A stretch of DNA of 64,000 nt, from assembly GCF_009914755.1 (NCBI RefSeq), contig NC_060925.1; one strand, 5' to 3'. This document shows, one piece after another, positions 24,115 through 39,607 of this stretch. Below the pieces are notes generated by a model that was given only the letters and a program-made list of their open reading frames with translations, made no database searches and was not told where the DNA came from. Both the position numbers and the translations under genes were made by a program. The DNA is from the human T2T-CHM13v2.0 reference genome, Homo sapiens. Numbering within the stretch: position 1 is the stretch's first letter; each line of letters begins with the position of its first letter.

Positions 24115-26988
24115 TTCCAGGGATCACTTCATTCTCAGAAGGTTACATACCTTCACAGCGACACTCACTTTAGGATGGGTGCCCATCGCATAAGTGACTG
24201 GAAATAAAATACTTAGATCTTCTCATTAACTTATAATACTGGATGTGAACTGACAGGTAGATATTTAAGACAGTTTTAAGAGTTATCATTTCATCTCATA
24301 ATTCGGGGAGTGGGGGAATCCCCTACAGCTTTAGCAATAGGCCTTGGAGAAACAGTCATTTGCAAGTTTATATAATGCATGTGTAGTTAAACATAAATAA
24401 TATCAGATAATGCACTGTTACTCTGTAGAAGAAATAGCTTTCTCTATTAAGTTGCATAATATGAGATAACAGTCACAGGAAAATCATATATAGTAATATC
24501 TGTTTAATAAAGACCCAACGAGCTATCTCCTTACATATTGGATTGTGTATTTTATGTGGAAACAGGGCCTATAACTGTATTTTACACACTAAAAGGCTCT
24601 GCTGAGTTTTTAATCAGCAATAATGGATATAGAATGCGTTTTAAGGGAAGCCATTTCATTAAATCTTACTACAATTATTTTTCATAAATTTCATTTTAAG
24701 AACTAATGATTATATAGTCAGGTTGGGAATCATATTCATTTCTATATATTACCTTGGTGTGGAGTGGGGGAAAGATGGCCAAGGGCATTATTTAAACACC
24801 AAGTCCTCTGTCCCAAGTGTGAAATTCAATTTGATGTATTGTTCAGGAAAGGTTACATGTTACATATGATAGGAAAGAAATCTGAGTTGAAGAACCCTCC
24901 GATGACTAACATGTGCCCCTTTGACTATTTTTTTGTGGGTATATTTATAATCTGGTTATGAAATATGGCTGAGTTTACTGGAGATAAGTATAGTTTTATA
25001 GTAGGTCATAGAGATGCTGTTTCATCCATTTGAGGATATGAAAGTGCAATTCTGTAGAATATTTGAACTTGACATATCCCCACTGGGCCAAAATAGGATA
25101 AAATGTAATGCATACTCTTTCTGTTATCTCTGGACATATGGTAGCCTTTCTGGTGGAGTTTAGGAAGCCTATGTTTTACATTCGAATGTATATATCTGAC
25201 TTGGATTCCACTTCAAGTTGATTTAATTTCGCATTAATACTCACTTGTAATTTACTGATGAACAAAGGGCCCAACATCTTGATTGAATGCTTCTTGAGCT
25301 CCTACCCCTGTGTTTGACTCAGGGAATCAATTCAAAGTTGAATATGGTATAGTCAGTTCCCTCAATGAACTCACCTGTTCTTTTGCCAAGTGTGTCCTCC
25401 TACTTATGCGTCTTATGGAAATACAAACAAAGGAGACATTTGTTTGTGTCTAGTCTTTTTACATTAGGAAGAATTTCTTGTTAAGTGAGTTTTATATGTG
25501 GCTGCCTTCTTGGGTGATGACTACAAAACTTCTGTATTTCTGTAAATATGCTGATTTGCTGAATATTTTTTAAAAAGTAATTCTAAACAGAGCCTAGCAG
25601 GCAGATAACATTGTATTAAGCAGAACATTTTATTAAGCAGATTGGAAGAGCTCACATTAAGGGATGCCTCCCTTTTTTAAGATTCAGGTTTCTTTCTCCC
25701 TGGAATGACATGATCAGGTTGGTTTTAGATTTTCTATTATAAAGCAGTACAAGGCAGGATGATCAGATCTAAATTTATATAACTATCTGAAGGAAGAATT
25801 TAAAGAAAAAAAATTACCATGCTCTTTAATTTGTGAAGTTGGCTGAAGTTGGTTGTGTAAATATTTCACAAAATGTTTTCATTTTACAATTGTATTTCCT
25901 ATGCAGAGCCAGTAGATTCTTGGAAATGACCCTTTAAAAGTGTAGCTTTACATCCTGGGGATAATGACTTTCTGGCTGGTTTCAAAGACTGGGTTGTTTT
26001 GCCCTTGGTGCTAAGAAAGTCTTTGTAAGGGAAGAGAAAATGCCGCCCTCTCTCTGCCAGGCCAGCCAGGGGCACAGCTCACATCCCACTCACACACATC
26101 TGGAGCAAAAGGGACTAAGATCTGAGCCTAGAAATAAGCACCATCAGTATCTCTCAACTGTGAGCTGTGGGGAGCGCTTCAGGCGTGAACCGTGTGAAGG
26201 GAAGTCTGGGCTCATTCTCTTTCAGAAATATTTATTAAAATCACTCCAGGGGAAAAATATTTTCTTTCTGGTATAGCCCTGTGTTAACCAGTCATAGCTA
26301 AAAGCTGAAACAAATAATATTCTTATGTTTACATAAGAAATTCACAAATTTTGAATTTCTAACTTCTCCTCCTTTTTCAGCCTTTTCTAACTTTTTCCTG
26401 ACTGACGGAGCTCTAGGAATATGAGAAAAGGCTAACCCTTAGAATTGACCTAGATGCTTCCTTAGTTGGTGGGCTCTCAGAAACTTTCAGACTTGAGGGA
26501 GTAGTAATACTTGTTTCTCTACGTCTCATGACAAAAAGCAATACCTTCAGACAGTGTGTCTCATTCCAGAAATATAGACAAAAGGTAGAGTCTTAAAACA
26601 CTGTGAGTGTGGGCAGTGGGGAGCTGGTACAAATAACTATATTAGAAAAGGGTTTCTTCTTCTCACTCTCGTAGGTCTCTCTCACTCCCACCTTACTACT
26701 TAGGGTTTGTTCATATTCTCAAATTCTTCTAGCAACCATTAAACAAAAGAGAGGATTTAACCAATATTTTTCTATTGCATAAACTTTGGTTGTGTCTACA
26801 TTAACAGAAGAGTTCAGCTTACTTTAGCAATTATCTTCTTTCTTTTTGTCTAGATACTACTCATAATTGGGTTGACAACCTTTTTCACTGCTGCTTTATT
26901 ACCATAGCAGTGTCATACAGCCTGCCATCATGTCAGCTAATGCAAGAATTTCCACTGAGCAGTTGTTTGTTCACTGTTACTGCAACAG

Positions 26989-27191
26989 GTTGTAATGAGA
27001 ATGAGGCAGACCACTTGGACCGGGACCAGCAGCCTTATCCACCCTCGCAGAAGACCAAGCGCATGCGAACCTCTTTCAAGCATCACCAGCTCCGGACCAT
27101 GAAATCCTACTTTGCCATCAACCACAACCCGGATGCCAAGGACCTCAAGCAGCTTGCCCAGAAAACAGGTCTGACCAAAAGAGTTTTGCAG
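26989..27191 (+). CDS. LHX9: LHX9 coding exon 4 (homeodomain helices 1-2 and start of helix 3)
   Basis: Acceptor CTGCAACAG at 26988; KTKRMRTSFKHHQLRTMKSYFAINHNPDAKDLKQLAQKTGLTKRVLQ; donor CAG|GTAAGA at 27191/27192, phase 0. Confidence 0.97.
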
Positions 27192-28401
27192 GTAAGACAC
27201 ATGCATCATTGACTGTGCATACATTTCCCTTCCCCTTCCCAGTAAAAATAGTGCTCTTCCCTGGTTAGAGTGACGCAGATATTTCCTATATTGCTTCTTA
27301 CTAGTTTATCTTAGCTATCTCCCTAGAGGGTGTTCTGAGATTTTGCAGGGGCTTCCTGGAGGGTTCCCAAACAGAGACCCAGGGTCTTTTTAAATACAGC
27401 CACATTCTCTCTACATATGTGGAGATGGGCCCTCCAAAGGCAGCACAGCTTGTCTCACTGCTGTGCAAATGCGAGTGATGTTATTTGCACAGGCCGTGGC
27501 TTTATCGATTTCCATTAATATTATGCTCAGTGCACGGACTTGAGAGGGACCTGTTGGCACTGCCTTAACTCGGCAAACTTTTGGCAGCCTCACTCACCTT
27601 CCAAATTCAGGTGGAACCTTTTTTCCACTCCTGAAAAGCCAAAAGTATGGTTAGTGTTTCAGCAACCAATTGGAGCAAGTATTTTCCTGCCTTAACAAAC
27701 CATAATTAGAAACAAAATATTGGAAGTTAGTTCTGCTGTCCAATTGATTTCCTAAACTCATCACGGCAAGAACATATAACTAATGAAATTATGATAGGTT
27801 GCTGTGAGTCACCTGTGATCTTCTCTCACTTCTTGGTGACAAATAGCAGGCATTTTAAATTCTGCTAAACAGTTTCAGGCTGTTCGAGGTCTGTGGCCCT
27901 GGGAGTTTTTTCTATGTGAAGAATATATACCGTGTGTTGGGCTCACGAATGGCTTGAAGTCTGTTTCAGTGATGTCCATTTCATATGAGTGATTCTTACT
28001 TTGCCATACTTTCAATGGCCCTGCTTCTACCTCTTCTCAAAAGATAACAGTTGAGGAATCACCGTGTATTTCCCCCTTTTTATCACCATGTGTTCATTTC
28101 CATGGTATATCCACTTAAGCATCAGTTGTTCCAAGTGGCACTTGTTAATGCTACAGGGTGGAATAAGTGCAGTTGAGAGATAATAAATCTGTAGTGTTAC
28201 TTGAATAACTCTGTTTTAAAAGAAAAGAAAAAAAAGCCCCTTTCCTCCTAAGAAAGACAAACAATGATATTTAAAAGGAGAAACCTATATCAAAAAAAAA
28301 AAAAAGAAAGAAAGAAAAAGAAAAAAAGAAAAAGTGAGAGAGAAAGAAAAGAAATATAAAAATGAACATCGGTAAAGAAATCAATTGGGATTGGTTTGCA
28401 G

Positions 28402-28659
28402 GTTTGGTTCCAAAACGCACGAGCCAAATTCAGAAGGAACCTTTTGCGGCAGGAGAATGGGGGTGTTGATAAAGCTGACGGCACGTCGCTTCCGGCCCCG
28501 CCCTCAGCAGACAGCGGAGCTCTCACTCCACCCGGCACTGCGACCACTTTAACAGACCTGACCAATCCCACTATCACTGTAGTGACATCCGTGACCTCTA
28601 ACATGGACAGCCACGAATCCGGAAGCCCCTCACAAACTACCTTAACAAACCTTTTCTAA
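28402..28659 (+). CDS. LHX9: LHX9 coding exon 5 (VWFQNARAKFRR...TTLTNLF*)
   Basis: Acceptor GGTTTGCAG at 28401; homeodomain recognition helix WFQN; TAA 28657-28659. Confidence 0.97.
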   Translation, partial: VWFQNARAKFRRNLLRQENGGVDKADGTSLPAPPSADSGALTPPGTATTLTDLTNPTITVVTSVTSNMDSHESGSPSQTTLTNLF

Positions 28660-31600
28660 CATTGGTTTTTTTTTTTTAGTTTTTAAATTCTTCCTCTTCT
28701 TTTTATTATTATTCTAATTATTATTATTTTATTATTTACAAGACTTTTTTTTTCTTCTAACCCACAAGATATTTGGGGAATAAAAATAACAGCTTGGTGT
28801 GTAGCATCTGCAGCCACTTGGCAAATGAGTTTACAGTATTGTCTCCTTTAAGTGAATATATTTTGTCTACAAAGTGTATTTGGATTTAAAAAAATTAATT
28901 AGGTCTTTCAGTTGGTAAGGAGAGTTTTTGAATAATTCTAATAAGTGCCTCTTAAAATTGTATGTTACTTATTTCCAGAATCTCGAAGAAAAAAGAAAAA
29001 AGAGTGGTATTATTATGGGCAAATAATCATATTCCCACTTAAATGATTAGGTTAATAAAGAACCAGATAATTAATTAGTTACTTTTTAAATCTTGCAATT
29101 GTATGTGTGATTATGGAGTTTTGAAAACGTTACATTTTTTAAATCTTAAAACTGAAAACTTGTTTTTAGTATTTCTATTTCTTACCTGAACTGTTAATTC
29201 AAGTGAGGAATATGATGAAATAAAAGCATTAACTACAGACATTTTAAATAGTAATGATTAATTAGGTGAGAAATCTATTACAGGAATGTGACTTTTCCTT
29301 CTCTTAGGGGTGTACAACTCTAAAAACTTTTTACTTGGTTATTTGTTTTTCAACATTTGAAAAATACTTAAGCTCCCTATGTATCCATGAAAATTCCGCA
29401 TTGATTTTGACATTCCATACTTTTAACCTCCTAAAGCTAAAAACAATAGCTCGGAAACCATTCTTTCTAGTTACTTTTTTTCCCAGGGAAAATGGAAATA
29501 AGCAAAATATAATGTTTTAAGAAGTAAAAAAATCAATATAATTTAATTAATAGCTCTATTAATTGGCTTCAGCTGTACCATGATATTGTATCTGGCATTC
29601 TATATGAATAATGTTTAAAATACCCAGCCTGGTAGACTTATACCAACAATTGGTTTTGTTTTGTTTTATTTTATTTTGACATAGGTTGACTTATGTATTG
29701 AAAATAATTTTTCTGATATTAGAGATTTGAAGTTATTAGTCTTAAAGTAGATAAACTCAGAAGCCTTGTGGATGCTGATCTGAATATATTTCCTAGTTTA
29801 CAGTAGCATTTTTTTCTTTTAATTTAAGCTAAAATCTTAATGGTCTGGGCAGTGGTGAATGTTCATCTATTACGCTTCTGTTGTAGTTAAATACCAATTA
29901 GATTGTGGATTTCCTAAAAAAATAAAAAAGAAGTCAAGATATATGTCTTGCTTTAGTGGATTGTTAAGAATAACTTTGCACATATTTTCCACTTTTTGGA
30001 CCCCTTAAATCTCCTTTGGTGGTCGAAGTGGCTATTTAATAGATTTTAAAGGTGTCCTTCTGGCTGTATAAATGTGTGGTTACATATTGACAGTTCACTG
30101 CCCACATTAAAGTGCATTATTGTAACTTTTGCTCAGGGTCTTTAGAAAATTAGCACAGAAAGTAGCTTATTTTTTAAAAAAAGATGATGGAAGATAAGTT
30201 AACACTGTAACAGAAGAAAGGTGTGATTGCCATTATATATTTAGCAAGTATGGTTATCATCTTATATGGAGCTTAAATCTTGACTTTTCATATTTCTATT
30301 ACATTTTGGGCATTTACCACTAACCAGACCAAACAACCTTGGTAAGGCTGAGATCTTATTAATACACTTTTACAGGTAAAATATTGACACTTATAAATTT
30401 TGTTCTTTGACAGAACAATATATGGTACTATATAGATCTACTTTATTAAGTAGACTAATTATAACTCAGTTCTCCTATGTGCCTTATGATATAACTTGGA
30501 AGTAAGTTTGTGAAAAATCAGGATATATGTGTTGTTTGTTAAATTAACTGTTTTAAGCCCTTTTAACACCTCACTAGTTTTGTACTGTTTTACCTCTTAT
30601 TTCTGAAACTCTTTTTATGGTGTATCCTGTTAGAGGGGACAAACATGTCATAGAAAGCAGTTGTGCACTCTTTCAAATATAGTTGATAAATTCAATAATC
30701 TTATATATTGAGCTTCGTGTTTATAGTACAGTAAGTGGTCTAGCAAAATTGTCCATGTTTCTTTGTTTATTGATAAATGCATTGTATAGAAACTATTTCC
30801 CCTAAATATTTATGGACCAAACAATTGTGATATATCCTATTAAATTTGTGTGAATAAACCATTTTGAATCTAAGGAGTTTTCTTTCCCATCAGTTTTATT
30901 TAAGTTTTAACCGTACTAGTGTGTTCCAGCATCTATATGTAAAAGCTTTTCAAATGGTAATACAACATTGTTAGAAATATTTAAACATACAAATAGTTTT
31001 TAGACTTCCAAACTTCTGATTCATATGAAATGTTACACATTGTTGCACAGGCAGTGTAATTCAACCTAGAAATACCTTTGAATATATTTGCTTATAACAA
31101 AAGTAATGCCCCACTGATTTGACTCAGTCCAATTTTTAGAATAAAAAGGCTAATTAGCATATAAAGTAATTGCATGGAACGAAACCTTAAATATGATTAA
31201 GATTTCATGTTAGGTCTATTGAGCACAAATGGATATTTGTAAATCTAAATAGAAATTGCAGACCCCTAAAAGCCAAGTTGCTCTGTAGTTAATAAATTGT
31301 CACTATGATTTTTTTCAGGGAGAACAAATCTTGGGGCATTACAGCCAAACATCCCGACGTTTGAAAATTCCCTAAAGTATTAAAAGAAGGGGAAAAGTTT
31401 GATCGGAAATCCACTGCAGTGAAGACAAAGACACTATTAGGTTATGATAATCATACATTAAAAAATTTATTAAGCCAAAAAAAAAGAGAGAGAGAGAGAC
31501 TTAAATGTCATTTACTGAATGTTAACGAAACTTGTGTTCTTTATGGTGTCTAACACAACTGAAGGCCTAAAATTATGTGGTTTAAACAAAATTAGATAAA

Positions 31601-34600
31601 CCATGTACAAAACCAGAGCAACCTGGCAGTAATATGCCCACCCCATATTTGAAAAAAATTATTATTGAAAAAAATTTCACACATTTGTCAAGCACAGTTG
31701 TAAAATAAAGTCCAAAACATTCATTTCACCTGCTTGCTAATGTGTATTAGTCCTGTTAATGGCATTTTCCAACTGTAAATTCAAAGAAAAGCTATCACCC
31801 ATTTAAGAGTATAGGGATCAAACCCCAGTAATTTTAGCATTATTGTTTATCACTTCCTTTTTAAACAGAAATCTCTGCATGCACTTTTACATATGTCACC
31901 TCTAGTGTACACCTCTGTATGATGACTTATCTTTGCTGTTTCTTGTATGATAAATAGCTTTCATTAATAAACATTTATTTGATGCAAACATAGTTAACTT
32001 TATGTTAAACACATGCTGTTGAAATTAATTTTGAACACTTAAAGAGGCAGCACAGTACATTTACAACTTGTTATACTAATGAAAAAATACAAACAGCATA
32101 GTGAGATTAAATTCTGGTAATCTAGGATAAAATTACTTACTTGGTTTTTACCTTTTCATGACTTATTTTCATTTGTTGTATTCAATTGCCACATGTATTA
32201 AAAATAAAAAACAAAGTGAACCCAAATTACAACAAAATAAACCTTAGAATAAACTATTGTGTAAAATTTCAGCAACTTTTTTAGATTACTAGGGTAAAAT
32301 TTATAGATCCTATGTGAGTTTACATGTTTGCTATGCAATGAACAAATTTATTGATGTATACAAATATATTCTGAACTATAAAAAGATCCAATCTTTGCAT
32401 AGTTCAATTACATATGATTATTACAAACAAAAAAGCAAATGGAAAGACAGACAAATATTTAGGAATGAGGTTTTTTTTAATTGTTAAAGGGAATATTTGA
32501 AGAATAAAATTTTAGCTATTCCTATTTAGCCGTATATCCAAAGCATATGTTAAACAAACTAACATATACTTTCCAGAAAATTTTTCATTATGATGAAATT
32601 TTTATTATATACAAATGAACCCTATGTAAATGATGTAACTTTTATGAATGACAGACATTAAATATTTCACTTACATGTATTCTCAGAATTTTGAATGTTT
32701 TCTTAAATGCTTTCACTTCCTGAATAATAAAAAGAAAAAATTTTAAAGAAGAGAGAGCAACTTACTAATAAAAAAAAGCAATGCACCATGACAAGTAGAC
32801 TATTTTGAGTGATCACAAATCATGCTGGTTTTGTCAGTAACTTGAATGTTTATGCCTCATTGAAACCTCATCCACAGCTATAGCAACTTAAATAGATTTT
32901 CCAATGCATTTCCAGCCAGTTTATTCAAATCTTTGCCCTACAGTCTTGCCTTCTTTCCCTGTTCTGTCACCTGTGGCAATTTCATTTAGAAGTATTTTGG
33001 AACTTCGCCTGGTTTTACAGACCTTTAAATATTTGTCTGGTATGTGAAATGCAGGAAGAGACCAGAGAGGGAAAGAACATAACCGAAATTAGACATCTGA
33101 AAAAAAAATACAAATTTGAAACAGGCACATTTTTTAAAACCAAAAAAAAAAAAAAAGAGAGAGAGAGAGAAAGGAGTACTAATTATGTGAGTGGGAAGAG
33201 GAAGCGTGTGATGCAGAGCTGGAAGGTCTGTTGTGCTTTACTGTGATGTAAAGCAGTCTTTGAGTCTGGGCAACTGCACATTTACTGTTTGGTGTGGAAT
33301 AGAAAAATGTGGACCTCTTAGTTGAGAGCAGGACACTAAATTTTCATAGCTTCTACCTCCCAGTTGCCTGGGTTAGTCTAACTTCTGGCAGATTGATCTT
33401 GGGCAAAAAGCTTCACTGAGAGTTAGTGTCTGTGTGCTTTGGTTGAATAGCCACCTTAATACTGACTTACATAGTGGGTAGGTTTTTGATACCTCAAATA
33501 AGGATAAAACTCCATAATAAAGGACCCAAAGCAAATACTTTTAAAACTTAGGTGATTTTTCATCACCTAAAACATAAATAGCTTTATTTAGCAAAATCCC
33601 AGTGGAATCTACCACACATGCTTTTATAATAACCCTTTTTTGGGAGTCAAAGTATTGTTTTTTTATTAGCCACATATAAATATCATCTCATTTTCTGTTG
33701 CAGTGTGACTGCAAGGCATGTTGTGGTGGAAATCATTAGAACTGGGAAGCTCTGGAATGGAAATTTGGAATCGTGTCATTCTAGGCTCTTAAAGAGAATA
33801 TTAGGGATAATACTGTTGTAAAAAATAAATATAAACACCTAATTTTGTATGAAGTTTTGCTATTTAAATTTTAACTATGTTATAAACAAAGCTAGCTTTA
33901 CTTGTAGAGAGTTCGTGTACTCTTGAGCTCATTCAATAGCTTTTACATTTTGTAGTCTCTTCCACAACAGGGCAAAATAAGCACAGTAGGACTTAGTCCA
34001 AATTGACGAAATATCATTGAATTTTCTTTGAAAGCATATATATAGATAAACTCTGGATTGGTCTTTTAGATCTGTTTTCTGTTTTTAGTAATTGGGAACA
34101 AACTCTTGATATTAAAATAAATAAAATGCCTCTAATGTAAAGCCACAGCCCTGCTTCTAGCCAATGTCAAAAATAGGAAGTTTTTTTTAATGGTTTACTG
34201 TTGATTTTAAACATTTTAATAATAGTGCTCTGCCCTCACAACAGTTTTTTTTTCAGAATAATATTATGATTTACCTTATTTTAAAAATAAATTATAATTC
34301 TAACTTAAAATATTATTTTAAATGCCCCTCTGGGAAGATTTCCGTTTTATTTTATGAGGTTCCCTGGCAGTTGGGGGGGTGGTGAGGTTGGGAGAGGGAA
34401 AGTTTAGAACTGTGCATGATACTCAAGGAAAAGTCTATGAATATGATGTAAGTAGTAACATTATTGCCACAACTAAATTTCTGTTTAACTGTGTTGCAGA
34501 ATATGATAATGTCATCTAACATCACTCCCTACTTGCAACATTCCTCTGTGAATATTAATATAGTTAACCCTCCCTTATTATGTATCATATCAATAAGTTT

Positions 34601-34860
34601 CTCTTCCCTTGGATTAATTTTTGCTTCTTTGCATTACATTTTATCTTGTGCTAAGATAACAAAAAGCAAGCAAGAATAAAGATCCAGATATTAGCCATAT
34701 GTAGAAAGTTCCTGGTGTGCATTTCTGTGTACTTTTCCCTCACATATTAGAATTGTCAGGAAAGTTTTTTTCTTTTGGAACTTTCTGTTTACATTTTGCA
34801 TGATCTTATAAATTAACCTGAAGAGTAATTGGATACCTTTTATGGTTATTTGAAAATAAA
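28660..34860 (+). other. Long AT-rich LHX9 3' UTR region with several candidate poly(A) signals
   Basis: AATAAA at 28779, 30853, 31704, 31966, 34675 and 34855 among others; free of recognisable Alu/L1/LTR; the real 3' ends cannot be fixed from sequence alone. Confidence 0.5.
31319..31375 (+). CDS. LHX9: LHX9 alternative terminal exon, Lhx9-alpha type (GEQILGHYSQTSRRLKIP*)
   Basis: Acceptor GATTTTTTTCAG at 31318, phase 0 with exon 4; peptide matches the recalled C-terminus of the homeodomain-truncated Lhx9-alpha isoform; TAA 31373-31375. Confidence 0.85.
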   Translation, partial: GEQILGHYSQTSRRLKIP

Positions 34861-35431
34861 ATTTGCTACAAATAAGATGCTTCAGTCTCTGTTGCCTCAT
34901 ATTATGCCTGAATATATTATGTTTTTCTGTACTTTCATATCAAATCAGAAAATATTAACCTTAGAGGATATTTAAACTGTTATTTATGACAAATATACAA
35001 AGATGAAGAAATTCAAAGGTGAAATTGCCTTTACTTATTCTCATTCTGCTTCTTTTCCTTTTCCAAAGCAGCAAAAATTATGAAGGGCTATCAGCTTTAA
35101 CTTCAACATTCAAGGGTTTTGACAGCTTGCATCACTTAAAGTATATTTATTATTCAGTAAACTTTAATTCTGTAGAATAAATGCCCTTTATGAAGTGTGA
35201 TTTTTGAAAGCACAAAGGCATTTCAGGATTTCAAGCAGTCAAAGCTGCTTGAATTCTGCAAACAGAGTAGTTTTTCAGAAGAAAAATATAATGGAAAGTA
35301 ATTGTAAATATAATATTTGTAACATTTTACCTGATTGGTCCAAATACTGCACATGAAGTTTAAAGAGTTATAAAAGCCTCCAAAATGTTAGGATGTAATT
35401 TTGTGATGATTATTTTTGTAACATAAATTGA

Positions 35432-35832
<401 letters not shown>

Positions 35833-36349
35833 TAATAACAAGATGTTTATATTTCCAAGGTTCTGATATATTTCCCTAGTTTTCTTCTTAAATTCAGCAT
35901 CATGAGCCTGTGTATGTATGTGTGTTGTTTATTTTCATCCTAACACCCATAGAAAGATATATATTTTTAAGAAAGAAGGCTCATCTCTTCTAAAGCCAGT
36001 TTTTAGTTGAAAGCAAAAGAAAAAGCCAAAATAATGGCAATTTTTCTTCAGTTGAGATATTGTAATAGGCCTACTTTTTGTTAGCCTAACATAAAGCCAC
36101 GCTCCCCAAAGCCTCCCTGCTAATGCAATAGGGGATCTTTCTAGGTTACTTTCTTCATTGAGCTTGGCCATAACTTTGCTTTTTACTGGACTTGTGTTGC
36201 CATTTTGAACTTTTCTGTTCAACAAAGTTTGGCAAATGCTTATAGTTCAACATAAACAACCACAACAAAAAAGGTAATTTTTGTTGTAATGAACTGTATA
36301 ATTTACTTCATTTATTAAAAGAGGCACAGTAGAAACAAAAGGTTATATA

Positions 36350-36502
36350 GGCCAGGCACAGTGGTTCACACTTGTAACCCAGCAATTTGGGAGGCCGAGG
36401 TAGGAGGATCGCTTGAGACCATGAATTCGAAACCAACCTGGCAAACATGGAGAGACACCATCTCTAAAAAAAAACAAACAAAAAAAAAACCAAGAAAAAA
36501 AC
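36350..36502 (+). mobile_element. Alu left monomer (FLAM-like)
   Basis: GGCCAGGCACAGTGGTTCACACTTGTAACCC...CATCTCT plus A-rich tail, no right arm. Confidence 0.88.
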
Positions 36503-37199
36503 CCAAAAGGATCTTTCACAAATCAAACGGACTATTTTGGTTTAATTTCAACATTATGGGTGTATTAAAGTGGCTGGACTTCAATGAGTTCCTTAGTAAA
36601 TATCAACTATACATTTATCAATCAATCCATATTTATGTACACATAAGTATCCAGTATGTCATGCTCAATGTGTGTCTTATGTAATAAATGCAGCTAGATC
36701 CTGAGACTGCACCACATATGCAACTTCAGTATCCCGAATACCTAACTATTAAGTGTTGGATTATGAAGCCTTTGGGATCAACACTGATGTTTTCTGCTTT
36801 TCCAGAGTGTCTTGTATTGGAATTTATCACTAATAAAAGTTTCCACCATAGACTTTGTTTCTGTTTAGAATCGGATATTGATAAAAGCATAGAATCATTC
36901 TGTGTACAAGAAAGAGGGTTACTAAATTGTCTGGCTCAAATTCTCATATTTTTTCAGTTGAAATGGAAAGCACCCAGACAGATGTGTATTGTTTCTAGCT
37001 CAGAGACAATTTTTGGCCTTCCTCAGAAAAATGTGTGTGTCAAGAGTTTCCACTTAATCTCTGCAGATTTACACTTTTTTCTAACCATTGCTGAAACAAT
37101 GTAATTGCAATAATTTGGCACTATCGATACCTCTTATTTATTGCCCCTGAATTGTTACTGGAAGTTGCAATTCATTTAGATAGATTACAGTTATTATAA

Positions 37200-37900
37200 A
37201 ACACGGATGGTTATTACTTCATTGAATTTTCTATAAATGTTCATAGCTTCCATTACCCATCAGTGGCTTACCACCATTTCTCCTAAATTCTTGTTCATAT
37301 CACTTCTATTCCCATTACACTATTGAAACCACTTTTCTTAAAGTTAGCAATTACCTTTCTCTTACCCAAATCTTGGTATTTCCCTTCTTTATTCACATTT
37401 ACATTTGTGCCAGATTTTACACTCCTTATTACTTGCTTCTCTCCAAAACGATTTCCCCGCAGGCCACGCACCTGCTGCTTCTCCCTGGGGTTCGGCTGAC
37501 TCAGAGCCAGCACATCACGGTCCAGCTTCAAAATCTCCTTCCACTCTTGCACTACTTGCTTCCCGGGAAACAACATTCTTTCTTAAAGGCTCAACATTTT
37601 ATTGATGACTCCAAATATATTCCTTGAGACATTTCCACCTGACTCTTCTGCTGTTGTTTGAAGGGCAGCATAAATAATATTGAACTCAATTTTCTCTTCA
37701 GCAAACTTCTGGACTTTTTGCCATTTTTGTTAAAGACATTACTGAAGTTTCTCCCAGTCACCCAGACTGGGAGTCATCAATTTCTCCATCAACTTCTTCT
37801 CCTTCTTTTTTTTTCTTTTTGAAATTATCTTGTATCATTTTGTTACCAAATCCTATTGATCCTTTCTTCATTCTATGTTTTTAATCTCAGTCTTGATCTA
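37200..37900 (+). mobile_element. L2 fragment(s)
   Basis: Degraded pyrimidine-rich L2-like motifs such as ATTGATGACTCCAAATATAT and TTCTCCCAGTCACCCAGACTGGGAGTCATC. Confidence 0.5.
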
Positions 37901-38156
37901 CTTCTTTTATTTTATTTTTGACATCCCCCTGATCATTGTACTCACTAGAACCAAGTTTTCTTAATTGGTGGGAAGATATTCTCTATAGGACATCATATGA
38001 GTTGTTTCAGGTTTTGTGCTGTTTCCTCCATCTTCACTCTCTGCAGCCTTAGAAGAGTAGAACCAATGATCAGACTTTTTAAAAAGACTGTATCTAAACT
38101 ATATGAAATAACTTTCTTACTAATGTAGAATCATATGATCTAGAAGATTTTGATCA

Positions 38157-38582
<426 letters not shown>

Positions 38583-38830
38583 TTAACAGTGGGGATGGAT
38601 TCTGGGAAATGCATTGCTAGGTGATTTCATCATTGTGTGAACATCATAGAGTGCACCCAAACAATCTAGCTGGAATAGTCTACTACATACCTAGGCTATA
38701 TTGTATAGCCCATTGCTCCTAGGATACAAACCTGCATAGCCTGTTACTATACTGAATACTGTAGGCAATTGTAACACCATGCCTAAACATATCTAAATAC
38801 AGAAAAGGTAAGGTAAAAATGCTATAATCT

Positions 38831-39607
<777 letters not shown>

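Noticed and set aside
27192-27212. Exon 4 read-through ending VRHMHH* as another truncated isoform
   Set aside because: Donor CAG|GTAAGA is strong and I see no canonical poly(A) signal immediately downstream
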